A stretch of DNA of 63,569 nt, filler included, from Reclinomonas americana ATCC 50394 (taxonomy: Eukaryota): NCBI GenBank assembly GCA_048213135.1. It is 10 parts of 4 records of this genome, joined end to end, with 100 filler letters (N's around TTAATTAATTAA, not from the genome) between each part and the next. Parts side by side here need not be neighbours in the genome. Positions count along the whole stretch, not along the records: positions 33,310 to 48,156 come from PS015786.1; positions 48,257 to 49,685 come from PS015787.1; 8 more parts are not named here. One strand, given 5' to 3'. Under the pieces are notes generated by a model. It was not told the origin of the DNA. It made no database searches and saw only the letters and a list, made by a program, of their open reading frames with translations. The position numbers and the translations under genes are program-made. Shown here piece by piece: positions 37,024 through 49,785 of the stretch. Each line of letters opens with the position of its first letter. Position 1 is the stretch's first letter.

Positions 37024-40000
37024 ATGACTTTTCTCGTCAAAATGTGTGTGATGAGAAGAAAATAGCCGTTGCTGAATCATACAAAGTTTTTGCCGCTCAA
37101 CATTGCGCTCTCTCTCCCTCGCTCGCTCGCAGACTGTTCTTCTCTCCTTCTCCTTGTTTGTGGTGTTGCTGGCTGCGATGGCACACGGGGACGATGTGGC
37201 GCGGGATCCATCCGTGGAGCCACTGGTGATCAACAATTTCGAGTTGTACGGCCCAGAGGGTATCAGACACGCACTGATGCAGTTCGCGCGCGCTGGTGTG
37301 TCGACACTTGTGTCGAGGGAAAAGAGCAGCGAGGCCAACAAGTGGATGCGCTCGGCTGTGGTGCGTAGCGTCAGCATGCGGCCGCGCCTGCTGGCATTGC
37401 GGCGACCCGCCGAGGCCTCGGAACAAATGCGTCAGCGAATCGTGTCGGTGCTGCGTGAGGTCAGCAACCGCCGCAGCATATCCATTCCAGCTCTCGCTTC
37501 GTCTCTGACCCACTCTGCTGTGTGTCTGTTGCAGAGCATGGGCACCGTGGAGAGTGCACGACAAGTGCGCGATCAGGATTTCACGGTGGCCTACGTTCCC
37601 GAGGTAAGAACAGGCGTGTGCGGGTGGCATGGTGGGGCTGGCGCCTGATCTCACCTCGCTCGTCTGTAGAACGGCTACATGCTGCACTGCAGCGACGAGG
37701 CAGTGGCGCTCCTGCGGCGCCGACTCGGCACCGACCTGGCATTCATCACCGAGTTCACCGAGGCCTTCAAGGCCACTCCGAGTGTGGCAGCCGATCCTCG
37801 ACTGCAAGTACGTGAACTCCTTCTGCGACGCGGCGAACCGTGGGAACACAGCTTCGCACTGCGCTCGCAAGTGCCCCTCAGCGACGACGACCGTGTCGAT
37901 TACCATTGTGCGCTCATTGTTCAAGTGCTGCGGCACCCCGACGACTCGACAGCCGAGGAGTTTGCCACGCTGTTGCAGCAGTCACTCGGTGCCGCTGGCT
38001 ACGAAGGTGTGTTGCTCGTTGTCGTCGTGCCCTCTTGCCACGGCTGTCCACCCTGCATTCACACGGGTCGGCCTTGTGCAGTGCGGTACTTCACGGTGGT
38101 GTCAGATCAGTTCATCTGGCTGTACTTTGCGCAGTTCAGCGATCTGCCAGAGGCGTTTCAGTATCTGCTTGCTGTTCCACGCATCATCTGGGTCGAGGTT
38201 GGTGTGGGTGAAAGAAAAGAGAGCTGAGAGAGAGAGAGAGTTGAGGGTGGTGTACGTCTCAACACACTCTCTGCCAATCGTTGCGCACAGTTTCAGCCGT
38301 ACTACTCGAAGAACAACCTCGGCTCCAAGGTTACCATTCAAACAGGACCCTTACAGACGTCGCCGTTTGATGGCATTCTCGACGGCGAGGGGCAGCTGAT
38401 AGGTTCGTCTTCACACACACGACGCCGTGCTGGTGAACGCCAGCTGACACACGACGACAGGTCTCGCCGACTCGGGTCTGGATGAGCGCAGCTGCTACCT
38501 GATCGACAACACGACGCCTGTCACAAGGATTCCGTACGCCAATCCCAACTTGAATGTCTCCACCTCTACACACCGCAAGATTCACGTCTACGTCACCAAT
38601 GTCGGTGCGTCCGGCACACGATACTCGTTTCTTGTGTTGGCGGTATTGGCTCACTCAGAAATGCAGACTCGAAAGACGATCAAGATGGACACGGCACACA
38701 TACTGTTGCGTTGGTCGATCTCTTCTTCTTCTTCCTTATCATCGATGGCATGCTTTGCCTAACAGTCCCAACAGTCCGGCATCATTGCCGGCAATGCGAC
38801 GGCTTCCAGCGCAACACTGGCAACACGAAACGGTATTGCACCAAACTCACGACTGGTGTTTCACGACCTGGGATGCACGGCTGGAGTTGCGCCACTGGTG
38901 GCGAGAGTTGTATTGCTCGGTACCGAGAGTGCTCATCTTGGTTCACACAGGGCTCTGCGTGCGCATGCGGAACGTCCTCTTCATGCCCATCGTCACTGGT
39001 ACTACTCTTCTGCGCGTGCTCTTGGTTGTCGTTGTGCAACCTGATTCACGCTCCATCATTTATCTTTACGTGCACGCAGACGGCGCTGTACCCCGGAAGC
39101 GACGTGCGCAGCTACATGCTCAATCACATTACACGGGTGTGTGTGGATATTGTGCTGCATGTCTTTTCACTACTCTTCTCTCACTGCGTTTTCCTGGTGC
39201 GCAGAACGGGTGCGAAAGTATTGTGCTTCATTTCTGATTGTACTCACATGGTTCTCACATCGCTGTCACCTCTTGCACCTACAGCGGCTTCATTACTGTC
39301 AATGGGTGCGCGATTTCTGGGGCCCGCATGCTCGTCGTAGTTTGCAGTTACTCAAACCACCAGCTCGCTTCACAGATGGTTGTCCTCCGGCACCAGCTAC
39401 GACATCTCAACGCTGGTGATTGACTCCTATCTCTCGAGTTGAGTGGAGAGATTTGGCTGTTGTCGTATCATGCCTGTGCTCACTCTTCACATTCTGCTCT
39501 CGCCAATAGATATCGACGGCACGTACCCAGATGGCAAGGTGCCCTTCTTGTTGCATGGTCCACTTGGCACATACAGATGGATGATCATCACTCACGCTCT
39601 CCTCTCTCTCTCACCGTCGCCAGTCCCACCTTCTCGTGTTCCCAACCGGCAATGCTGGCACAGCGGCATCTTCGGTGAATGCACCCGCCGTGGGCAAGAA
39701 CGTGTTGTCAGTGGGAGCCATTCGCTCGGGCATGAATAATAATGGTCTCCAGTTCACACCGACCATTGTTGCGTACCATGGTGTCATCCAACTCTCCTTG
39801 CGTCATCGGCCACTCACCCAGTCTGCAGGATGACATGGCGTACTTTTCCGGTCGAGGTACTCGCTGCGGTCTCACAGTGGATGTGCTGTTGGTAACACCC
39901 ACTCATCATCTACTTCACTGCAGGCCCCATTTCAGATCGGCGATATGGACCGCAGGTAGTGGCCGTCGGCATGTTTGTGGACTCGGCGAGAGCACAAGCC

Positions 40001-43000
40001 AGTGCGGCCAATGGCTGCGGCTCGGGTACTGCTGCGAACCGTGCGTTTTCCGAAACTGTATTTAGTCGTGCACGTTCATGCGCACTGCTCACACTCACGT
40101 GTGACAGTTAATGATCTGTCCGCACATGTGGTGACAACCATGGGAACGAGTCACGCAGCTGCAGCTGTCGGTTCCATGGCTGGTGCGTTTCCTTGTCTGT
40201 GTGTGTTAGAGGTGCACTTTGTTGACCCGCGTCTCCCGCGCGCAGCACTGCTGCGACAGTACCTCTCACGCAGCTACCCGTGGGCGCCAAACACCGGCGT
40301 AAATCCGGCGGCTGTGCCCATCGCCAAGCCGGCGTCATCACTCATGCGGGCCCTAATTATCTGCTCCGCCGTGCGACTGGCCAACACCGGCAAGTACGGA
40401 GGCACTTATCGTACGTACTGCAGAGTTGCTTCGGCTGAGCACCGCATGCGACTCACGACGAACGCATCTTGGCAGCCAACATCAATCAGCTTACCATTGG
40501 CGCGCTGGCCCTGGAGCGCAACAAGTCGGAATTGTTTGGTATGTTGGAGAGACAATTGTTACGGATGTCTTAGGCATCCAGCTTGCTTGCTGATCACTCC
40601 GGCGGTGTCAGGTTTCGGTCGTGCACAGCTCAACACGATTCTCTCACCCACCGGCCTCAGCCCGCGCTTCTTGGTGTTGGAGCACGAGAGTACACGACTG
40701 TCGGTGACTGACCCGATTGCCGGGCCGTGGCCTAATGCTGCACGCTACCGATTCGTGGTCAGCAGTACATCGTCGGTACGCTGCCGACCGTATGGATTCT
40801 TGCACTTAATCGCACAACTCATCACTGTGTCTGTCCCACAGGTCTCCCTCACTCTGGCCTGGTCGGATTACAGTCCCGCGTCGCCTTCTGTGGCCAACAA
40901 CATTGCCACGGGTTCCCTCGTGTCGTTACGTGTAATAAGACCTTGGATGGCTTAGTATGCAATTGCTGACGTCTCTCTCTCACAGAGATCTCAATCTCAT
41001 GGTCTTTAATAACACGGACTTTGAGATCGGCCGCGGCAATGTGCAATATGGACTGCCTGTGGGCGTGCGTTACATTCCACTGTGTGTGCATATGCGACAC
41101 TCGCACCTGTGCGCTTAACCTCCTCATCTTCAAACAGACCAACAATGTGTCGCCGTCGACAGACACTTTTGACACTCGACACACCCACGAGAAAGTGGCG
41201 CTCTCCAACTTGGCACCAGGAACCTACTACGCTCTTGTGTTTGTGCGTTTACATTCATAGAGACTGGCTGTGCCGCTTGCTGTGCTCATCATGTACACGT
41301 GCAGGCCCGCAAGTTGCCATCTGGTCGTCAGGACTTCTCGTTGGTGATTGCCGGGTCCAACATCGTCAGTGCGTCACCGGCTTGCCGACGTCGTCTTATC
41401 ACCCCACACACAGATGCTGACTGCTCTTTCTCTCGTTGTCTGTCTCCCAGTGCCTCCGTTCTCCATCCAGAGTCCGGAAATCAAGACATCACCACTCACG
41501 TGTGACACTATCAGCGTCACGCTATATCACCCGAAGAACGATGGCGGCGTGTCTCCCGACGGAGTCAGTGGACTTATGCTTCGCGGGTCTGTCATTAGCC
41601 TCACTCCGCCCCTGACGATCACTGCATCGCGGCTACCCACTGAATTGATGCCTGCTGCACAGCGTGCAATACTTTTCGGCCGCCTCCGAAAGCAGTCTGA
41701 TCAAGACAGTGAGCGACAGCATTCCAGTTGGCCAATCGTCCTCCATGGACATTACTCTGAATACGAGCGGCAGGTATGCGTTGCGCATGCATTCACTTGG
41801 ATTTTCATCGCTTCCGCGGTTGCCAATCGTCGTCCACCCTTGCAGCTTGTACTTTCGGTCGATGTTTACCAACTCGGCTGGTCTGAGTGCGACAAGCCCG
41901 TCGTTTGTCGGCCCCTTTGTTGCATACGCGAGTACGTCACGTCACTCTCGCTCAGCAGTCCACTGCACTTGTGCAATAGACTTACAGCGCGTGGGCACAG
42001 AGAATTCATGGTCCATCCGCGTCGTCTTCAGCAACGGTGCCACGGGTTTCAATGTGCCCACATACACGGGTCAGCTGGTGGGACGACTGGCGGTGGCCGA
42101 GGCCACTGGGACCGTCACGTTTTCGATTGTGGGCGGCGCCGACATGAATTCATTTGCGGTGACAGGCTCCAACCTGCTGGTGACCAAGGACGGCCTGCTT
42201 GGCGACTCGTTTTCGCTCGTGATCCGCGCTGTGGATTCCGCCAACAACTGCGTCGTTCAACCAGTGACGGTGACGACACTGCAGGCACCGTTCTCCCTCC
42301 AGAATCTGGTCCCCTCACGACTGCCAGTGCAAGTCAACGACAGTGATCCGCCAGCTGTGTTTCGTGTGCAAGGAACCGGTCTCGACCGCGTGCTGGAGGC
42401 TCGACTGATTCTCCAGTCAGGCTCCTGTAGCGTCGATGCTGCGGCAGCCAATGCACCCAATGTGCGCTCCGTAGCCTCGGCCACAATAACGTCGACCATG
42501 GTCAGTGTGGCTGTCATTTCGGTGGTGGCAGATACCTACAAGGTGCGCTTGCAATCAGCATCCAATGATTGATTGTCCCCCTGCTCATTCTGCACGCGTG
42601 TATCGTCACAGTTCTGCATGTTGGTCGCCGGTGCGCCCACCGCATGGACCGATACGGGATTCTTGGTGACGACGTACTATGGTACACGGACCTCCATGTT
42701 TTGCTTCTTTGACTGCTGCTCACTGTGTACCACATGCAGACCCAACGTATGTGCCGCCAACCTCGGCGCTGACCACCTCGTTTGTGCCGACGGCCATTGA
42801 TGTGAGCACAACGTTGGGAACGTCGTACGCAACGACCATCACCGTCTTTGGGTTTGGCTTGTCGGCGGGCGATCAGGTGATGATTGTGACGGCGGGCTCC
42901 GACTGCAGTGGTGTTGGATTCCGAGCCACTGGTTTGTATGCTACACGCCCTGGCAACACGTACACATTTTGTGTCTTCCATTGTTATTCTCACACCGACC

Positions 43001-44721
43001 GCCATGGATGTATGTATATACAGTACCCACAGTGGCTGCCACGAGCGCATCGCCACTGGGCGACACTATTCTCGTGACACTGACTGGCGACTCACCCACT
43101 CCGCAAGTTTTCGATCTGTGCATCTCCTACGCTGGCGCCAATAATCACTTTGTGCCCGTGGTCGGCGGTTCAGTGACATTTTCCGGTGAATCTACGCTGA
43201 GTGCGTGTCCGTTCATTTTTCGTGACGCTAACTTGCAGTCTCTTTGTCGCAGTGGACGGAGTCAGTGGTAAGATATCGCTGCTACTTGTGCATTTTGACG
43301 AGTCAGCCTCATTCTTATCGCCTTTATGCAGTGGCCGAAGAGAGTACTCGATCGACTGGGAACACGACCATTGTTACGCTCACATTTTTCGCCCATCCCC
43401 GCACTTCTTTTTGCCGCACTTTTTTGACCTCCTCTTCGGCAGATTATTGGGTCTGCGGTGGGCGGTGGCAGTGGTCTGGTGATTCTCGTGTGGGTGCTGT
43501 GGATGTGCCTGCCGGTGGTGTGTCGGCGATGGAAATCGTCGAAACGCGAGCGCAAAGCACCGCGCATTGTGCCTATTGGGGGTGCCTTTGTCACGGCGGC
43601 GCAGGTTGTGCTGCCGAGTGGCAAGGTGGCCCCGGCGCCACACACTTTCTTGTCAATGCCGATGGTCATGTCGCCGGATTCGTCGTCTTCCAGTGGGTGG
43701 CACTCACAAGACAACTTTATTCCGTCGCCTACGGCGAGCACGCTGACCGACGACAGCCGCGGCCACGACGACTCGTTGTCACCTGCCAGCATACCGGTGG
43801 ATCAGCACGTGGAGGACTTTGTCGGCTTCACTCACCGATTCCACAACGAAGACTGGCGTGGCGTGCACGTACACACGACCGGCGCCACCAGCATTCTCAG
43901 CGATCCGCGTGCCGATCAAATCGACACACCGTCGGTGAGTCTCCGGTGACGATTATCACAGATTTTTTCTTTTTTGGTGTTGTCATTGACGCTGTGCATA
44001 GAGCGTGCTGCAAAACGTGTCAATGACCATTCCCAACGATCCCATCACCGATCTTCCCGGCATCATCGCGTCACCCATTCGCCTGTCCGCACGCCACCAC
44101 CGCGAACACCTCTCGGCTCACGAAGACAGCCTGTCGGAGGTGGAGGAGATTATCCATTCGATGCCAGCAGATCCCGACGATGCGATTCCCATGATCTCCA
44201 CCACCAACGCAACGCAACTGGAAGAACCGCGCACGCCCAAGCGCAACATGCTCGGCCAGGAGTTGGCAGGTTCCGCCCGTCGCAGTGCTGCTGCCGCCGG
44301 CATGGGGCTCGTTTTGCGTCGCAGTCCCGGTCCAGGCACCATTCGCAGCCCGGGTCCAGCTGGTGCGACTCCCGGCAGCATCACCCGCAGTCCGGGCACC
44401 AGTCGCAGCCCGGGTCTCTCGCGCAGCCCCGGTCTATCGCGAAGCCCAGGCGTCAATTCAGACGCTGGCACGCTGCAGACGCGCACACCAAGTGTGGCTG
44501 GCGACCGCGGCTCCTCGCTGCTGTTCATAGACGAGGGACCCGAGCTGGAGGCCACGCCGGTGGTCAACATGCGGCTGGAGCCTGGCGACGAGAGCCTCCA
44601 ACTCGAATCCGCCAGCGACGTTTCCGGCATCTCCGATGCAGGATTCACTCCACCGAGCGCACGCGCGCGATGGACACGACGACGCACCAAGGAACCGACG
44701 TATCTCGATTTTGAAATGTGA
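37024..44721 (+). CDS. Type I membrane subtilisin-like serine protease (peptidase S8) with Ig/FN3/cadherin-like stalk (start approximate)
   Basis: Signal peptide near 37132-37190. Catalytic motifs GEGQLIG/LADSGLD (Asp), DGHGTH (His), GNAG...APAVGKNVLSVGA (oxyanion Asn), AYFSGRG, GTSHAAAAV (Ser), ALLRQY, GFGR. Then a beta-rich stalk, a TM near 43445-43520 and a cytoplasmic tail ending YLDFEM*. Confidence 0.9.
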
Positions 44722-44925
44722 ATTTTTCCTCGACCACTTGTCTCCGCCAGGGAACAGTGTGTCTCTTTTCTCTATGCCTTTCTGTACGTGCACTATCATC
44801 TCTCCTGTTAATTGTTTTGCTGTCTAATACAAACACACGCAACCATTAGAAGAAAAATTGGTCGACTGCGGTTCCGAGCCAGTTTGTTCAATTGGCCTTT
44901 TTTTCTGTGTGTGCGTGCAGACGCC

Positions 44926-46180
44926 ATGCTCTCCGCGACCTCCTCTGCTGCCACTCAACAGAAGCCCACGCAGGTACGTGTGTGTGTGTGTGGTACGAGA
45001 TGATACTCAGGAAGAGAAACGGTACTGACTTTTGCTCTCTCTCATTCTTTGCCAAGTCGACCAAACGCCGTGGAAGTCGAGATGCGCGACTGGTCCGCGA
45101 GGAAGAGGTGACACACACACAAGAGTGAGTGGGAGAGAGAGAGATTCACAATCGCCGACCTGCAGGATCGCGTCTCTCTGCGCGCACCTCATCAATCCGG
45201 CATCTTCAATCGAGGCAAGCGATCGACAGTTGTCCGCCCCTGCACAGGTTGACGAGCTCTTTCGCGCACGGCTTCTGCTGTTTCCCTCTCCCTCCCTCTC
45301 CACTGATGCAGCAGCGATGCAGAGATCTTTGACGAGCTGCTGCATCACCACAAGGGAGCTCCGGCATCGGAGCTGCTGTCGCCACCTGCACCTCGCCAAC
45401 AACAAAAGCCGGCAGTTGCACCAGTCGTCACCACGGCGCAGGCGCCTCCCAAACCACCGCCAGCACCCGTGCCACTGCCGGAGCCACGCAAGACCAGTGC
45501 CATTGCGCATCCTGCACTGTGGGTCGACGACGCGATTCATGTGCGCGCAGGGTCGCTGACGAGTTGCGTGGCCAGTTGTCGTCACCAAGCACTCTCGGAA
45601 CCGACTGTTTCGTGTTGCAGGCGCACTGGATCGCATCGACGACGAGCTGGAAGCGTTGGCAATACGAACCGTGGCGCGTCTGGCGGCCGCCAAGCGCGGC
45701 AGCGTGTTGAGTCAGTCCGATCAGCTCCATCAAAGTGCCTCGCAGATCGCTGGCGATGTGTTGGGATCGTTGCAGAGCGTGGAGTCCAGTACGCAAGGCG
45801 AGGTGGACATGATGGAGCAGGAGCGTGAGCTGATGGATCGAGCGGTGCAGGTGACTGGAGCCGCCAGACAGACAATCTGCTGCAGCACGCAACATACTCA
45901 CTGTTCCCCGCAGCATCTGCACCATCTGCAGAAGCGCGTGACGCAGACGCGACTGCAACGCGCCCACGAACACCACCGACGTGGACGAAGAGAGTCGGAA
46001 ATGCCAGCAAGGGTGGCGACTACTGCCGCAGTTGATGACGACGAGCTCTTCAGTGAGCGACCACTGCACCTGTCGCCGTCGTCACCGAGTTCGCGGTCAC
46101 AGAAGTGGCTGGCCTCGCTGTCCGAGTCGCCAGAGAGGAAACGACGACGAACCGAGGTCACGCGACGCGGCGGGCGGTGA
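44926..46180 (+). CDS. Hypothetical protein with coiled-coil segment (multi-exon)
   Basis: MLSATSSAATQQKPTQ with GT donor, then exons DRVSLRAPHQSGIFNRGKRS and ...SVESSTQGEVDMMEQERELMDRAVQ / HLHHLQKRV...RGGR*. Confidence 0.5.
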
Positions 46181-46210
46181 TCAATCTAAACAGTCTACGT
46201 TGTACACGAT

Positions 46211-49029
46211 TCATTCCGATGACACCTGCGGAGGGAGGGTTGAGAGGGAGAGGGATAAGGAACAGAGCGCTCGTGTTGGACTCACCACCAAAGAAAAAGC
46301 TGCCGATTGACAAGCCCTTGTTCTGAACTGCTCACGAGCGCATTGCTTGCTGTGTCGATTAACGGCAGCGGCGGCCTCCTTGGCCGTGGCACCAGAACCT
46401 TGCATCATTACATCCTGAGCGAGAGGAACGATGAATGACATACGCACGCACACAGACTTGTGCTGCTCTCCCTGTCTCACTCACTCTCACTCTCTCTCTC
46501 TCTCTCTCGCTTTCCCTCTCTCTCTCTCCTCAAGTCACCTTAATTAACCGCAAATGCAGCACACTTTCGACGGCACTCAGATGGCACAGACGACGAAATG
46601 CATCTGTGGCCTCACTGAGCGCCCCCGAAGCCGTCTCCAGCGCCTCCCTTGACACTGATTCGCCACTTAATAGCGCTACAGCAGGGGGGTGTGAGACGAG
46701 TGCGACAAGGACGGCAGTGGTGGAGACGACGCTGCATCCTCACCGTCGGCATACAGTGCACGAGTCGAGGCAGTCGGCGCTGTCGTGCTGCCACTCGATT
46801 GTGCCGTCTTTTCCACAAAATCGCGAATGAGCCGCAAGTTGGCTTCGCGCTTGGTCGTCTTGGCCGCCAGATGCAGACACGTGACAAAGTTGGCAATGCG
46901 CGGTGCCGTTCCCAGTTCCGCGGAGCCCACCTGTCGAATCTCCTCCAGGCACTCGTTGTACTGTTCGTGTTTTGTGAGCGAGAGAGACGAAAGAGACAAC
47001 TTGGAGGGGTGAGCGTACCTCCTTTCCTGTCGTGTCCAAGTGTCTCGCCACGTACAAGGTGAGAAAGAGGAGTGTGCGTGTCCAGAAGAGCAGCGTCCGT
47101 CGAACACCCTGCGATCGTGCATCAGAAACATATGAAATCCCCACGCATCGCCTCCCCTCCCCCTTGTCGCACCTTGGCACGTGTAATCACATGTAGATGG
47201 CGCACAGTGGCCGACCACTCGCACATTTCGTAGCAAACAAGACCGGCGATCAAGTGCCACGTGAGTACCTCACAGTGCGGCTCGGCCTCGGTGCCGCCCT
47301 GCATCACTTGCAGGTCCTCTGGAAGGAGGAGCGGTGAGTGACAGACTGAAGTACTGGAGAGAGAAGATCTCTCTACCCCCGCCCCCTCCCTCTCCCTTAT
47401 CTCCCTCTCCCTCTCTCACCGGCCAGTTCCCACGCCGCGCCAAGAACATCGCACGCCACATCGAAACGCAAAAATGAAGAAGCCGCCAGCGCCGCACGCT
47501 GCAACAAGAGCCAATGCAGGGTGCGCATGGCGGCTGCCCGCTGTGAGGCCACCGAGAGTGAGGAGTCGACGCCCGTGCGCGCCAGGTGGTTCTGCAGATC
47601 AGCGATACCGCGACACAAATGCCGATCGGCCGTGACCGCACCTGCGGGGGTGGGAATGAGGGGGTGAGTATGAATGGAAAATGGGGGACGGTTGGCACAC
47701 GCAACTCTCCTCCGTTGCATCGGTGTGCTGCAGTGCCGCGGCGGCCACCAATCCACAAATGACACCGCGCATTACCGTGGGAGCCGGTATCACACCCGAC
47801 ATGTCCACTCGCCACTGTACGAGCACCACAGCACGCTCCTCGACGTCGTTGGCCGACCGCAGTGCTTTCTGGCCGAGCTCGGCCAGGCAACCCCACTCGC
47901 GCAGCATGGCGTGGTGAAACATGCACAGCACGGCGTACTGTGCTTTCAGTGCCGCGGCCATGAACTGTGCGGCGAAAGAGAAAGAGAGGTGAGCGATAAG
48001 CAGGCACTCTTATGAATGGAGGTGAGACGCGCACCGTGTCCGTGACGTGAGCGACGCCGGTGGTCTCACTCGCCGGCGTCGAGGCGACCAGACTGATCAG
48101 CTGCACGACCGCCGCCTCTGCATGTGCGCCCAGGTAAGAGAGGGGCTGTCACGGGGNNNNNNNNNNNNNNNNNNNNNNNNNNNNNNNNNNNNNNNNNNNN
48201 TTAATTAATTAANNNNNNNNNNNNNNNNNNNNNNNNNNNNNNNNNNNNNNNNNNNNGAGAGAGAGAGAGAGAGAGAGAGAGCAGTGTTGGTCATTGGAGA
48301 CAACTCATCGGAGGAGGCGAGTGGCAAAAGAAGGCGATGTGTATGGAAGCAGGGATAACACAGGAAGAGGAAGGCCTGCGCATGCCCATACGACAGACAA
48401 CTCACCGCCAACACCGCCGATCCGCGACGCCCGATCGCTGCCTCACTGAAGCACTCATCGTGCACTGCGCGAAGCAAGTCAAACGATCGCACATCCTCGC
48501 CAGAAGTAGCAGCAGCAGCAGCAGCAGCAGCACGCGACGAAGTCGCACTCTCATCGACCTCCATATCCTCCACTGATCACTCTTTCATGATGAATGCACA
48601 AAAAAGGAGGGAAAAACGCTTGCGATGCAATGCAGACCATGAATGGTCTCCAGAGAGCGTTTGAGAGCGACCACACGCGCGTGCACAACTCGCGCATATC
48701 GCAGACACTGTCGCCACTGATCGTCGACCTCTGCAGTTGTCGAGCTGTGCGTACTGTGAGAGCGAGTTTGCCTCAAAGAGTCACACACTCTGTCGCGCGT
48801 TACCTCACGCGCTGTTCACAAGTGTGCATCGCCTGCTGTGTCGACTCCATCACGTCTGCGATCTGTGTGTTATACGAGTGTGTGAGAGTGTGTGAGTTGC
48901 AGTTCTTCTCAGTGAGTGCGACGTGACTGTGGTGCGACCCGACATCACTGCCCACTCAATGTCGGTGCCACACAGCAGCTGTGAGGACACAGTGTGCATG
49001 GTGGTGGAGGAGTCTTCATCGACCTCCAT
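46211..49029 (-). CDS. Alpha-solenoid/TPR-like protein, possibly MAU2/Scc4-like (multi-exon, spans a linker)
   Basis: Helical exons AALKAQYAVLCMFHH, ADRHLCRGIADLQNHL, LLLQRAALAASS.. and WHLIAGLVCYEMCEWSATVRHL with GT-AG introns. The resemblance to MAU2 is weak and by eye only. Confidence 0.45.
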
Positions 49030-49244
49030 CTCTCAGAACGGAAAGCAGGAAATGATTGACGGGACTGATTGGACGCTGAAGCAAACCCCCGGCGGTCAGG
49101 GAGTTGTCTTTCGACTACAACAAGTACAACAGGTACAGGTCAGATATTGAGTACGTGCGTGGATGGAGGGCGGGCCATGGCAAAAGCTGAATCGCGATCG
49201 AAGTCGACTTCGCGATATCGATAAAGCCTTCCCCTCGCGGTTCT

Positions 49245-49685
49245 GGACCCGGCTTTGCTTAGGTCGCCTCGCTTTGGCCGTTACCCAAGACTGGATGTGT
49301 CTTGTACGATCGCAGAAAACACTATGCCACCGATGTGAACCTACCACACCACCTCCACTTGCTTGCTTCAAGGATCCAGACCCGGCTTTGCTTTGTTTGC
49401 CTGGCTTATGGCCTTTTCCCGAATTCAATGTGGCGTGCACGATCGCAGAAAACGCTATGCGTCTTATGCAAGTGCGTCAAATCCACTGTTCAACCACGCT
49501 ATGCGGTGAAGATCGCAGTTCTCGACTTGTTCGCAGCTCCGAGAGCGAACATACACACACACAAGGAACCTGCTGCTGCCTCAACAACAACAATTCATTC
49601 ACCAACAAACAAGCAACAGCTGTCTTGATGACCAAGTTCAACCGTATCCAAAACATCAACACAGACACCAATCTTGAGGCAGCAG
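49245..49685 (+). repeat. Dispersed repeat family, copy C, with internal duplication and inverted segment
   Basis: Partial unit at 49245-49330, full arm at 49370-49585 (core 49469-49492), then an inverted segment ending in TTGAGGCAGCAG at the contig end. Confidence 0.85.
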
Positions 49686-49785
49686 NNNNNNNNNNNNNNN
49701 NNNNNNNNNNNNNNNNNNNNNNNNNNNNNTTAATTAATTAANNNNNNNNNNNNNNNNNNNNNNNNNNNNNNNNNNNNNNNNNNNN

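Noticed and set aside
49191..49222. Palindromic cluster around CGAAGTCGACTTCG
   Set aside because: Single occurrence with no Helitron CTRR end or other supporting context; may be chance in CG-rich DNA.
49405..49665. Possible hammerhead or HDV-like ribozyme, or kinase-like peptide (KCVKST..YAVKIA), in the repeat
   Set aside because: No CUGAUGA/GAAA core, the putative P3 pairing appears in only one copy, and the reading frame is not conserved between copies.
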